A stretch of 63,674 nucleotides of DNA, counting the filler, from Stramenopiles sp. TOSAG23-2 (taxonomy: Eukaryota), in assembly GCA_900128395.1 (NCBI GenBank). It is 13 parts of 13 records of this genome, joined end to end, with 100 filler letters (N's around TTAATTAATTAA, not from the genome) between each part and the next. Parts side by side here need not be neighbours in the genome. Positions count along the whole stretch, not along the records: positions 41,298 to 46,337 come from LT650746.1; positions 46,438 to 51,475 come from LT650747.1; positions 51,576 to 56,606 come from LT650748.1; 10 more parts are not named here. One strand, given 5' to 3'. Shown in pieces: positions 43,697 to 55,086 of the stretch. The position numbers and the translations under genes are program-made. Below the pieces are notes generated by a model. It had not been told where the DNA came from and did no database searches. It worked only from the letters and a program-made list of their open reading frames with translations. The first letter of the stretch is position 1. Each line of letters begins with the position of its first letter.

Positions 43697-45131
43697 CTAA
43701 AACCCATCAATATCATCATTCTCATCATCTTGCCATCCTAATATCCATTTCACACGTTCATAAATAGTAAATGTAATACCAGCAAGAAACATGAACCGTA
43801 TCATTCTTGGTTGCCAACCTTGATACCATCAATATCATCATTCTCATCATCTTGCCATCCTAATATCCATTTCACACGTTCATAAATAGTAAATGTAATA
43901 CCAGCAAGAAACATGAACCGTATCATTCTTGGTTGCCAACCTTGATATAATGATAATAAACCTTCTTCATGATACATTTTTGTACAACAATCAATAATTC
44001 CATTATAATAATAACCACCACCATGTTCCATGGAAAGTTTTTGTTGTGTCATTATTCTTGCTGTAAATACATCTAATGGATTTGTAATAACAGATGCAAT
44101 ACCACCAGCTAAACCACCTATTATTAATATTTGCGTATCATTAAAATCAATTTTAATACCATCATGTTTGGTGTAATATCGTTCTTCAATTTGTTGTTTT
44201 AATTTTTCATAGACAAGAAATTGCAATGCAGAATATGTACAATCAGTTAATATGCAAGCTCTATATCCAGAATATAATCCCAAAAATCCTTCATTATTTA
44301 ATATTGTTTTAAATGCATTGAAGGTACCTGTATATACACGTGGTGATACTTCCCCTGCATTGAGCCATGAATTGCCTAATTGCATTCTTGTTTTGACTAC
44401 TTCAAAAGGTGTATATACAATAGATGCAGCAAGTTCACTCATTGCACCTGCTGCTAAATATGTTGTTGATGTAATTTTTGCATTTTCCGTACCAAAATAT
44501 TTAAAACTTTGTGATTTAATAAATTCATAGGATCCAAAATAAATTGCATTACTAGGCAACGCGGACAATGCTGCTGCACTAACACCATTAAACCAACCTT
44601 TGATACCTTCTGTACGTAAGATATGAGCAGCCGTAAAGGTCATACTACGATATAACATGGAAGGACCACGTTTAACTTTTTGTCTAGTATTTACTGTATC
44701 AAATGGATGCATAATAATATCTGCTAAACTACCAGCAATGGAACCTGCAACGACACCATCTCTAACAGTATGATCCGTTGTTGTTGTATGATTTATATTG
44801 TTATTATTATTATTATTTCCATTGGATGAATTATTATTGTTTCTGCTAAACTACCAGCAATGGAACCTGCAACGACACCATCTCTAACAGTATGATCCGT
44901 TGTTGTTGTATGATTTATATTGTTATTATTATTATTATTTCCATTGGATGAATTATTATTGTTTTTTTTATTATTATTATCATTGTTTACATCATTTTCA
45001 TTTGTTTTTGCAATTACTTTTTTATTATTACCACGTCTAGCTTTTCTTGTCGATACACGTCTACGTAGTTGTACACCATCTTCAATGGTAAAACCTATTC
45101 GTTTTTTTCTTGGTTGATTTGGGTTTTCCAT
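43697..45131 (-). CDS. Mitochondrial carrier (SLC25) family protein, interrupted by two 122-bp duplications
   Basis: Three PxD/ExxK/xR signatures (HPFDTVNTR, TPFEVVKTR, NPLDVFTAR). Duplications lie at 44720/44842 and 43704/43826; the deduplicated ORF runs MENPNQ...GSLADIIMHPFD...DDIDGF*. Confidence 0.88.
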
Positions 45132-45772
45132 TTTTCTTTGTTGGTTCTCTATTTATTTAAAATAAATGACACTGTCTGTAAATATGCTTTTTTGTAAACA
45201 TACCTATGCCTCTTGTTGTTATATGTTACATCAATTCTCTATCTTCATCAATCAATATCAATTATTAATTCTAATTAAAATGTAGTAAAACAACTTTTTA
45301 TTCAACAAACAACAACAACAACTGCCGGCCACCAACAACCAACAACACACACATCTGACGACTATACAAATCCTTAATAGCCGCAGCCACACAGGACACA
45401 GCAGGCAAATACGATGGAAATAGGAGCTATTAGAATACTATATCCCTTAACTAATCGAGTGTCAATTAAGGTATAACACAACAGGCACACATCATTGTTC
45501 ACAATAATTACAAACAATGCACAGCTAAAATCTCTCCTTCTATCTCACCAAAAAAGAAGGGGGGCGGATATATAATATATCATAAACAAATACATTTATC
45601 AAATTTGCAATTGACGACAATCAACAACAAAACATAAATAATAGAACATATATATCAATATCAATTAGATTATAATCGTATACGTTATCATAATAGAGAT
45701 TTCCAGAGTACGTAGCAGAGAATTAAGAAATAATATAGGCCATAATATAAGGAAAAATAAAAGGTACATATA

Positions 45773-46337
45773 ATGATGATTTGTATATCGATGATGATGA
45801 TATTTTTGACAACTATATCAAACGTATCGGGACAAGGTGGTGTGCCAACATGGATGAGACCACCTGGTGAGCAAAGTAAAATGTTTGGCTCAACATTAGG
45901 AAATCCATTAGGTGGTAAAGGTTCTGCAATATTGTCGACAAAGGGCAGTGATGTTATGTCACCAGTTCCATTGCCATCAACATTGTTTGGTTTACATGCT
46001 ACGGATCAAACAACAGCGGAAAGTCCTTTTGCTGGACCAACGCAATATGCATTTGGAGCTCCGCATGAAATGAGAATGAAAGATCCATATCCAACACCGC
46101 ATCAACCAACTGCATGGGGATTAACTAGTAACAGTGCAAACAATCCAATGTATTCCCCACCAGCGTCTGAACTTGGTACTGCACCACCAGCTAATCCAGT
46201 TATCAGTGATGTCAATGAATATTCAATGCCATCAATGTTCCTAGAATTACAAAGAAGAAATTATCGTAATCGTAATACTCGTGAAATACCAGAATTCATG
46301 CACCGCCCTGAAAATCCAAATTTAATGGGACAAATCC
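45773..46337 (+). CDS. Secreted Pro-rich protein, 3' truncated
   Basis: Hydrophobic signal-like N-terminus ending VSG|Q; P/G/S/T-rich body. Confidence 0.6.
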
Positions 46338-46437
46338 NNNNNNNNNNNNNNNNNNNNNNNNNNNNNNNNNNNNNNNNNNNNTTAATTAATTAANNNNNNN
46401 NNNNNNNNNNNNNNNNNNNNNNNNNNNNNNNNNNNNN
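46338..46437. other. Artificial contig linker
   Basis: N44-TTAATTAATTAA-N44. Confidence 0.98.
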
Positions 46438-47229
46438 TTGCCTTGGTGATTTTGGTGGAGAAATGGTTAACGATGCCATCTTTCAATTTTTTATATTATT
46501 GTTCTTCCGTGTGTGTGTGTATGTATGTATGTATGTATATATAATATAGTAATATATATTATAGTTATTATAATAGATGTATATAATACAGTTTTAACAT
46601 CATTCGGATACATATTATACTGTATGTATTATATAGCTCAAGATATATATAACTTATATATTATTTATTATTTGCAACATTTATTCACTCATAAAAAAAA
46701 GTACGCAACAAAAACTCCTTCTCTCTGGCAAACCTGGCAAACAACCATCATCAGCAGCAGCAGCATAAGCAATTACCACCGACTGGTGGTATGCCAGCAT
46801 GCCACAGCATGCATATAATATTTTGTATAGCAGCATCAGCTGTGGTCAGCCAGTCAGCAGCAAAGAAAGAAAAGTGCCAAAAACCAGCAAAGTGCCAAAA
46901 GTTACAAAGTCCACACAGAAGTCGCAAAAAGTTAGTTATAGCTCTAATTTTTTTGGTTTTCTGCACCACCACACACCATATAAAATACAGCACACAAAAA
47001 ACACAAAAAAGAAATTATAGTTTTTTCCTATCCAATTCTTTCAAATCCTACGATTGCTGGATTGCTTTCGCTATATCGACAGTGCTTTTACCCTCTAAAC
47101 CGTACTCGATCCCTACTACACTCATAAAATCGTCTCGTCTCCCCTAAAAATACTCATTCACTTGATTTCACCTATCAACAAAAATGACATTTTTTTAAAA
47201 AAAAAGCTATTCCCCCCCACCTATCCGTT

Positions 47230-50200
47230 CTACACATCTTTGTCATTATTATGTGCATCATTCTCTGTTGTCTCCATCTTCTTCATATTCTTAGCCTCCT
47301 TTTTATGAGTCTTTTCTCTTTGTTCATATTTTTTCTTTTTTATCTCATTTTTACTCCCCTCATTATTATCAACAACATTATTATTATTTTCATTTTGCAT
47401 CGTTTCCTTCTTCGCGGTGGTTATTGCTTTTTTAAATTGTCGTCTTTGAAAGCCACTTAAACCAAGTTCTTCAAGATCTTCTTCTATGATATCATCTAAA
47501 TGTTTGGTTGATTTTATACCATGCTTAGCAAATTTTGTTTTATATTCACTTAATTCAGCAGTATCTAAAATTTCTGCAAATGATTCTCGTACTATTGGTA
47601 TTTCTAGCATGTCATCATTACTGATGCGCTGTTCTTCACCTAAAAGATTTTCTTCAATCGTATTTTTAGTGGAAACTATGTGATCACCTTTACCACCATA
47701 TGCAATCACAGCAAGAAAACCTTTCACAAATCCTAAATCTTTTCTTAATTTACCATTGCGTTTTAATTTCATAAAAATGTAAAATTTATACAACAAGGCA
47801 CATGCTCCGAGGCAACCACTAACGATACCAGCATAACGTAGTATTTTGGAAAATGGGCTTTCTATACAACTGCAATCTGCCGAACGATAATGGCCGGGGG
47901 GGCATTTTTGAAAACATTTGTTGTTGCATTTCTGATAATTAATACCACAAGTATTACACTTCCCATTTTTATTCGACCATTTTATACCGCAAATAGCGCA
48001 TACAGAGCCTGTCCACCCATAACCAACTTCATTACAATTACATTGGCCTGTTTTTTTATTGCAATCCCCTTTTCCTCCACATGGTGGGTAGCCTGGTTGA
48101 GATGGACAATGTGTACACCTTTTTCGCCCTGGTAATGATGCATATTGTCCGTCTGGACAGGGTTTACACATTCCACGAGGGAGTTTCTGGTTATCGTTAT
48201 ACGTTTTAATTGGACAATCGTCACATTTATAACGATTTAGAGCATTTGCGTCTGTGCCTGTCCCTGGTAAGTTGCATATTTTACATCTACGATCTGTTGT
48301 TGGTGTATTATTGACCGCTATATATTTGCCTGCACTACAATTAGTCAAAAATGTACATTTACGATTTGTTATTTGCGTACCATTTGCTTGCATGTATTGG
48401 TTTGCATTACATCTGGTCCAAAAGATACATTTATTTTCATTTTTATTTGCACTAAATTGACCATTGGAGCATGCTTTGCATTCGCGATCGGTTGTTAATG
48501 TGCCTTTTATTGATATATATTGACCTGCCATACAATTTGTCATTAGAGTACAATTATTTTCATTTTTATTTGTACTAAATTGACCATTGGAGCACGTTTT
48601 GCATTTGCGATCGGTTGTTGATGTGCCTGTCGTTGATATATATTGACCTGCGCTACAATTTGTCCAATATTTGCATTCACGATTTGTAGTTGGCGTGCCA
48701 TCTTTTAATATATATTGATTTGCTTTGCACGTAGTCCAAGAGAGACAATTATTTTTATTTTTATTTTTACTAAATTGTCCATCGGAGCATGTTTTGCATT
48801 TGCGATTGTTGGTTGATGTGCCATTTGTGGATATATATTGACCTGCAACACATGTGGTCATTGATGTACAATCATCTTCATTTTTATTTGTGCTAAATTG
48901 TCCATTCGAGCATGCTTTGCATTTGCGATCGGTTGTTAATGTGCCTTTTATTGATATATATTGGCCTGCCACACAATTTGTCATTGGAGTGCAATTATTT
49001 TCATTTTTATTTGTACTAAATTGACCATTGAAACATGCTTTGCATTTACGATCGGCGGTTGATGCGCCTTTCGTTGATATATATTGACCTGCGCTACAAT
49101 TTGTCATTGGAGTGCAATTATTTTCATTTTTATTTGCACTAAATTGTTCATTGTAGCATGCTTTGCATTTACGATCGGCGGTTGATGTGCCTTTTGTGGA
49201 TATATATTGACCTGCCACACAATTTGTATAAACTTTACACACAGAATGCACGCCTTTTTCATTTGGGTTATACATATTTGATGAGCATAAACATATTACT
49301 CCTAATTTTTCATTAGTAGTATTTACTTCATTGCATGTACCAGTAAATGGTGTTTCTGTACATACATTATCAGAACATGTTTTCCATGTTGGTGTACCAC
49401 CCCATTCAAAAATATTTTCATTATTAGGTGGGTTATTGAAATATGTATTTATTAATGATATGGTTGGTGAATCAAATGCATATATTCCATCGCCACCATG
49501 TACAGCCGTATGTTTACTTGTTACTGTGTTGTTGATGAAAGACGTTTCGCGTAGAATCACATCGGTGCCATCTCCGTATGTAGCATACATAGCATTACCA
49601 TCTCCATCATGCATCCGGATAAACATACCACCACCAGCAATCTCAGCTGTGTTCTCTTGGATCAATGAACCCTGTAGATATATATTTACTTGTCCATTAC
49701 GAGTACCTTGTGCATGTATACCGCCACCGCGAGTAGCTGTATTATTATATACAATAGATGAATACAAATATAATTCACCTCCTCGGACATAAACACAAAT
49801 AGATCCCCCATAATTATCAGGATCTTTACTATCAGGATCTGTACCATAAGTACTAACATCCCCACCAACTAATTTAACATAACGTAATATTAATTTCGCA
49901 TTTGCATTATTTAAATGAAAATGACGATGTTTATTCGCAGCAGTTATCGTAATTAAATTGTTCATATCGGTATTACTACCACTAATTTCTAACGTGTTGG
50001 TAACATCTACGTGGGTATTCCCAGAAATTGTACAAACCGTTGAACGTATAAATTTACCTGTATTTGTACTAGACACACAATCCCATTCTGGTGCAGGGAT
50101 GCATTTTAATTCTGTCATTGACGGAACAGATGATGCAACTGATACGTCAACTGGTACTTGATCATAAGAACAAATATCTGCATCAAAATTACACAAAACG

Positions 50201-51102
50201 CCTAATTTCGTATTTTTATTGTCTACTTCATTGCATGTACCAGTAAATGGTGCTTCTGTACATACATTATCAGAACATGTTTTCCATGTTGGTGTCCCAG
50301 TACCACCTTCATAAAAATTCTTCTTGTCCTTTAGATTATTCATAAATGTATTTATTAATGATATTGTTGGTGAATTCTCTGTGTATATTTCATTGCCTTC
50401 CTTCTCTTCACCCACCGCCAATACAGAGTTGGAGATGAAAGATGTTTGACGCAAAATTGCATCAGTATGAGTGTTTTCATCATTTCGTATATACATAGCA
50501 CCACCACGGTTACCGGCAATATTTGAAGCCAAAGTTGAACCTGTTATTCTAAAGGTCCCATCCTCAACTATCATACCACCTCCCCAACCATCACCATCAA
50601 TAATGGCTGAATTATCTATAATTCTTGAATCTTGTACATTTACATGAACTTGAACATTAGTTGCACCTTTTGCAAATATTCCACCCCCATTCTTAGCTTT
50701 ATTAGTAGAAATGATAGATGAATATAAATTTAATTCACCACCGTTTGTATAAATACATATTGATCCACCATCCCAATCAGGATAATCACTATAACTACTA
50801 ACATCCCCACCAACTAATTTAACATATCGTAATATTAATTTCGCATTTGCATTATTTAAATAAAAATGACGATGTTTATTCGCAGCAGTTATCGTAATTA
50901 AATTTTCCATGTCTGCCCGAATACCATTAATCTCTAAGGTCCCAGAAACTTCGATATGGTTATCACCCTTTATTGTACAATCATTTGATTTGGTAAAGTT
51001 GCCCGTATTTGAAGTGGTTGTACAATTCCATTCGTTTCCGCTACCTGCAAATACAGTAACTACACATATCTGGAGTATTATAACTACTTTCAACTTCATC
51101 AT
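47230..51102 (-). CDS. Type I surface protein: signal peptide, two pectin-lyase/Pmp-like beta-helix modules, TNFR-like Cys-rich repeats, EGF-like region, TM helix and cytoplasmic SAM domain
   Basis: GGxI / FxxN repeats (NKAKNGGGIF, NRGGAMY, SFISN); 41-aa CxAGQYIS..GT.T.DRKCK.C..GQFS repeats; TM YAGIVSGCLGACALLYKFYIF; SAM-like LSEYKTKFAKHGI..LDDIIEEDLEELGLSGFQRRQF. Confidence 0.85.
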   Translation of the reverse strand: MMKLKVVIILQICVVTVFAGSGNEWNCTTTSNTGNFTKSNDCTIKGDNHIEVSGTLEINGIRADMENLITITAANKHRHFYLNNANAKLILRYVKLVGGDVSSYSDYPDWDGGSICIYTNGGELNLYSSIISTNKAKNGGGIFAKGATNVQVHVNVQDSRIIDNSAIIDGDGWGGGMIVEDGTFRITGSTLASNIAGNRGGAMYIRNDENTHTDAILRQTSFISNSVLAVGEEKEGNEIYTENSPTISLINTFMNNLKDKKNFYEGGTGTPTWKTCSDNVCTEAPFTGTCNEVDNKNTKLGVLCNFDADICSYDQVPVDVSVASSVPSMTELKCIPAPEWDCVSSTNTGKFIRSTVCTISGNTHVDVTNTLEISGSNTDMNNLITITAANKHRHFHLNNANAKLILRYVKLVGGDVSTYGTDPDSKDPDNYGGSICVYVRGGELYLYSSIVYNNTATRGGGIHAQGTRNGQVNIYLQGSLIQENTAEIAGGGMFIRMHDGDGNAMYATYGDGTDVILRETSFINNTVTSKHTAVHGGDGIYAFDSPTISLINTYFNNPPNNENIFEWGGTPTWKTCSDNVCTETPFTGTCNEVNTTNEKLGVICLCSSNMYNPNEKGVHSVCKVYTNCVAGQYISTKGTSTADRKCKACYNEQFSANKNENNCTPMTNCSAGQYISTKGASTADRKCKACFNGQFSTNKNENNCTPMTNCVAGQYISIKGTLTTDRKCKACSNGQFSTNKNEDDCTSMTTCVAGQYISTNGTSTNNRKCKTCSDGQFSKNKNKNNCLSWTTCKANQYILKDGTPTTNRECKYWTNCSAGQYISTTGTSTTDRKCKTCSNGQFSTNKNENNCTLMTNCMAGQYISIKGTLTTDRECKACSNGQFSANKNENKCIFWTRCNANQYMQANGTQITNRKCTFLTNCSAGKYIAVNNTPTTDRRCKICNLPGTGTDANALNRYKCDDCPIKTYNDNQKLPRGMCKPCPDGQYASLPGRKRCTHCPSQPGYPPCGGKGDCNKKTGQCNCNEVGYGWTGSVCAICGIKWSNKNGKCNTCGINYQKCNNKCFQKCPPGHYRSADCSCIESPFSKILRYAGIVSGCLGACALLYKFYIFMKLKRNGKLRKDLGFVKGFLAVIAYGGKGDHIVSTKNTIEENLLGEEQRISNDDMLEIPIVRESFAEILDTAELSEYKTKFAKHGIKSTKHLDDIIEEDLEELGLSGFQRRQFKKAITTAKKETMQNENNNNVVDNNEGSKNEIKKKKYEQREKTHKKEAKNMKKMETTENDAHNNDKDV
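48270..49230 (-). repeat. Coding tandem array of 123-nt (41-aa) Cys-rich units with interspersed shorter units
   Basis: Unit offset is 123 nt (e.g. tgacctgc at 49085 and 49208); six full units plus partial ones. Confidence 0.85.
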
Positions 51103-51326
51103 GTTGTTCTTTTTTTGTTATATATTATCTATACTAATATAGTATATGAATCTTAATATCAATATTCTTTCTGAAACTCTGAAACATGTAAAACTGTAAT
51201 AAATTATTATTCACATGGAGAATATCAGAAAATAGCTAAGCCTTCGCTTCATTAACATAATGTACACTATAACAAAATTAACACTATTTTATTTTTCATA
51301 TGTATTTGTAACAAATATAGCAAACT

Positions 51327-51418
51327 GCAACTTAAACTGCCACTATCGCACTACTATCCAGCTATCCTCCGAGCAACTTAAACTGCCACTATCGCACTAC
51401 TATCCAGCTATCCTCCGA
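51327..51418. repeat. Perfect 46-bp tandem duplication
   Basis: gcaacttaaactgccactatcgcac... at 51327 and 51373. Confidence 0.9.
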
Positions 51419-51475
51419 AAATATTAGAAAAAAAAATGATGAAGGTAGATCTTTGGAGATAATAAATCCATAAAT

Positions 51476-51575
51476 NNNNNNNNNNNNNNNNNNNNNNNNN
51501 NNNNNNNNNNNNNNNNNNNTTAATTAATTAANNNNNNNNNNNNNNNNNNNNNNNNNNNNNNNNNNNNNNNNNNNN
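51476..51575. other. Artificial contig linker
   Basis: N44-TTAATTAATTAA-N44. Confidence 0.98.
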
Positions 51576-51955
51576 GGAGTTTAGAGATACAAGTTATATA
51601 TATAAAGAAAGGATGTGGAAGTTTATATGGGGTGAAAATGTTCGGAATGATGTTCGGAGACGTATTGCAAAATTTATATATCTGATGAAATTTCTCAATT
51701 TTCGTACCCACTTTGGCGGAACTTTTAAAAATGAAAATAAAATTGGCAAAAATATTTGTGTTTGAGGTGTTATAGAAGTGTAGTATAACTTTTGTAGTCT
51801 AATTTACATAATTTTGTGAGAGTACTTAAAATTATAGTATGGAGATTTTTTGATATTTTCTATAGTAATGATAATTGTTCCTATGAAGTTTTTTTAATAT
51901 ATGGAAATAGCATTATAAAAATAGCATGGGTAGAGCCCTTTCAACATTTTCTGGT

Positions 51956-52978
51956 GCCTCTACTTTCAAAACGAGTCATTATGACTGGTTTACAAATCGT
52001 GAAATCCTAACCGGTCATAATGACCGGTTTAGAGTTTTAGCAAGTAAATACTGCAGGGAAAAAAAAAATTTCACGGTTTTTTGATGTAATTATGGATGTT
52101 TTTTTCTGTTGCAATTGGCTGTAACTATTACCATTGCATACAATTGTGAAATTAGTGTTTTAAGTGGTTTGCATTTTGCAAGCGATGGATATTAAAACTG
52201 GATGGCCAGTGGGCAGAAAGGCAATGTCATAAAATATTAAGTATTTTAATAACTTTATACAATATTCGTATACTTTGGATTTTTCATGTTTTGGCGTGAT
52301 TTTTACAATGTATTTTGTATACTTTTTTGTACTTAATTATATATTGTATCGATTCTATGCCAAAATTCAGTATGTTTAATTTTTAAGTATAAATTTGATA
52401 GGTAAATATAAATTTATCAAAATACATTTCATGTCTTGTCCTCCACTTTCAAGGCAAAAATAGAGGTTTTTCATGAAAGATATAGGGAACACCAATGAAA
52501 TTTATATAAATCATTGGTATCAATTTTGATATTTACAGATCTGGGAGATCAAATTATGAATAAATATTTGTATACAATTATACTTAATATAGTATATAAA
52601 TATAAATCTACCTATGTAATTCTACAAAATAAGATCATAAAAGTTGAAATTATTGCCTTAAAAATGCAATTTTACAAAATACTGTGGTTGTGATCCAACA
52701 TTCGGTAAATCAACATGAACTCAGTGTGGAAAAAAATCTCCAACTATGATGATTTTAAGATACAACACTGTATATATGTTAAATGGATATAAAATAAAGC
52801 ATATTATCTTATTAAGTTTTCCTTACCTATTTTATCAAAAATAGATATTTTAGGCAATTGTAATTTTCAGTTTGGAAGAAAAGAGTCAAAATTAACAATT
52901 TCCTTAACAAATTTAGCAGCCATACCACCATTTAGCACAGAAACCGGTCATGGGTGACCGGTTTAGCAAAGTAGAGGC
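51956..52978. mobile_element. Putative non-autonomous DNA transposon with imperfect terminal inverted repeats (piggyBac-like ends)
   Basis: Left end gcctctactttcaaaacgagtcattatgactggttt versus reverse complement of the right end gcctctactttgctaaaccggtcacccatgaccggttt; an extra palindrome aaccggtcataatgaccggtt at 52009; no internal ORF. Confidence 0.55.
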
Positions 52979-53505
52979 TCGCACGATTTTTCTGCATCAG
53001 TTCAAGTATAAAAATAATAAAATAAAATCCTATATAAAAATATTAATTTCAGACGGCAGCCGGGCCAAAAGGAACTTCCATTAGCACGGCACAGGCTCCG
53101 GAGGCACACGCGTCCTCCAATAGCATATACATAGCAGGTATTACCACTCCAGAAAAGGTTGAAAATATACCACAACCAGCCACAATAATTCTGTGTGTTT
53201 TCATTGGGATAAGATTAGTAGGTGCATACGATGGTAACTATTACATGATAGGAACTTCATAATCATTTAAGTACAATTAAATATTAGTCTAAATCAAACG
53301 GTTTGAGTTTAAAAATTGCATTTTGTGCTTATAATGAATAATATATACATATATATATATTACAGAGACTGGTATGTGTAGAAATGTATATCGTATTTAT
53401 AGATATATATTGTAAGGAATATTATTCATTTTAAGAAGAATTATTATTTATTAAAACGCATTGAAGAGATTCACTTTGAACGAAAAAAAACTAATTTTAA
53501 AAAAG

Positions 53506-54582
53506 ATGGCACCACCAGCACAAGCACAAGATCCACCACAAATTACCGATTATTCCGTATTTGACGGTGACCATGCATTAGAAAAACCAACCAATAAAGG
53601 TGATTTTATATGGTCTGAACAAGAGGAACCACATGCATCCAGAAGAAAAGCAATATTGAAAAAATACAGTTCCAAAGTCAATAAATTGTATGGGTATGAA
53701 CCGTTAACTAAATATATTGCTGCTGCAGTGGTATTCTTGCAACTTGGCACGGCATATTACATGCGCGATAAAGCGTTTACATTGGAATTTTGGGTTATTG
53801 CATATATTATTGGTGCTACTTGTACACAAAATTTATTCTTAGCAATACATGAATGTTCCCATAATTTATTATTTAAAAAAAGACAACATAATGAATTATA
53901 TGGCATGTTCATGAACTTGCCAATTGGATTGCCATATTCCACGAAATTCAAATTGTACCACATTGAACACCATAAATTGCAAGGTGTTGATGGTATCGAT
54001 ACGGATGTACCAACGAAATTGGAACTTGTTTTATTCAATAACGTATTTGGTAAATTGTTTTTTGCAATTTGTCAAATATTATTTTATGCAGTAAGACCAA
54101 TGACAGTACGACAACAAATTGTAAATGATGTAACCATCAAAAATTTCATCACGCAATTTACTTTCAACGGCTTAGTAGTATATTTCTTTGGTTTAGGACC
54201 AATTTATTATTTACTTGCTAGTGATTTCCTTGCTGGATCATTACATCCATGTGCATCGCATTTCATTGCGGAACATTATGTATTTGTTGGTGATGCAGAA
54301 ACATATTCATATTATGGACCATTGAATATTTTATGTTACAATGTTGGATATCATAATGAACATCATGATTTCCCAAATATCCCATGGAGTAGGTTGCCAC
54401 AATTAAGAGAAATTGCATCTGAATTTTATGATGATTTACCATATCATAAAAGTTGGCCAATGGTATTGTACCATTTCATCTTTGATAGTAGTATTGGTGC
54501 AAAAAATCGTGTGAAAAGACCTGATGTGAAAAATTTAGCAAGTACTACTATTTGTGGTGAAAATTTAGCTGGACGTAAATAG
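53506..54582 (+). CDS. DEGS1: Sphingolipid delta(4)-desaturase / C4-hydroxylase
   Basis: DFIWSEQEEPHASRRKAIL; His boxes HECSH, HIEHH and HNEHHDFP; ETYSYYGPLN. Confidence 0.93.
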   Translation: MAPPAQAQDPPQITDYSVFDGDHALEKPTNKGDFIWSEQEEPHASRRKAILKKYSSKVNKLYGYEPLTKYIAAAVVFLQLGTAYYMRDKAFTLEFWVIAYIIGATCTQNLFLAIHECSHNLLFKKRQHNELYGMFMNLPIGLPYSTKFKLYHIEHHKLQGVDGIDTDVPTKLELVLFNNVFGKLFFAICQILFYAVRPMTVRQQIVNDVTIKNFITQFTFNGLVVYFFGLGPIYYLLASDFLAGSLHPCASHFIAEHYVFVGDAETYSYYGPLNILCYNVGYHNEHHDFPNIPWSRLPQLREIASEFYDDLPYHKSWPMVLYHFIFDSSIGAKNRVKRPDVKNLASTTICGENLAGRK

Positions 54583-54875
54583 GAATTAAATAAAAGACAC
54601 ACACGGCTCAAGCGGAAAAAAAAGAGAGAGTGGGGAGAGGGAAAGAGATTGTTGCAATTATGTGTTGTGTGGCATTTGTCTTACAAAACCAAAAATTTAG
54701 TTTAATGTGTGTGTGTGGTATATATAGTATATTAAGAGTATCATACGAAGTATGCTTATCATATCGAATATAATTTTTTTTAAAATAAAATATCATAAAA
54801 ATTTGTACATCATGTGATATATATTTTTTTAGACTATACCGCCTCTCAGTTAATTGTAAAATTTCTTTTGAAGAG

Positions 54876-54985
54876 TACGTACCACGCACGTTCGTATAGG
54901 AATTAGGATTGAGTAAATTAAAAAATAAATTACGTACCACGCACGTTCGTATAGGAATTAGGATTGAGTAAATTAAAAAATAAAT
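54876..54985. repeat. Perfect 55-bp tandem duplication
   Basis: tacgtaccacgcacgttcg... at 54876 and 54931. Confidence 0.9.
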
Positions 54986-55086
54986 ATTATATATGTGCGT
55001 ATTATTTTATATTAAACTCCCCACAGCCGTACTACAATATTATTTGATCAATAAATTCCTCTTTTATCTCTCGAGATGTCCAACTT

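Noticed and set aside
41833-45131. Pseudogene calls for the RRM-RGG and SLC25 genes
   Set aside because: The frameshifts are fully explained by perfect tandem duplications with no other decay, so artefact is more likely.
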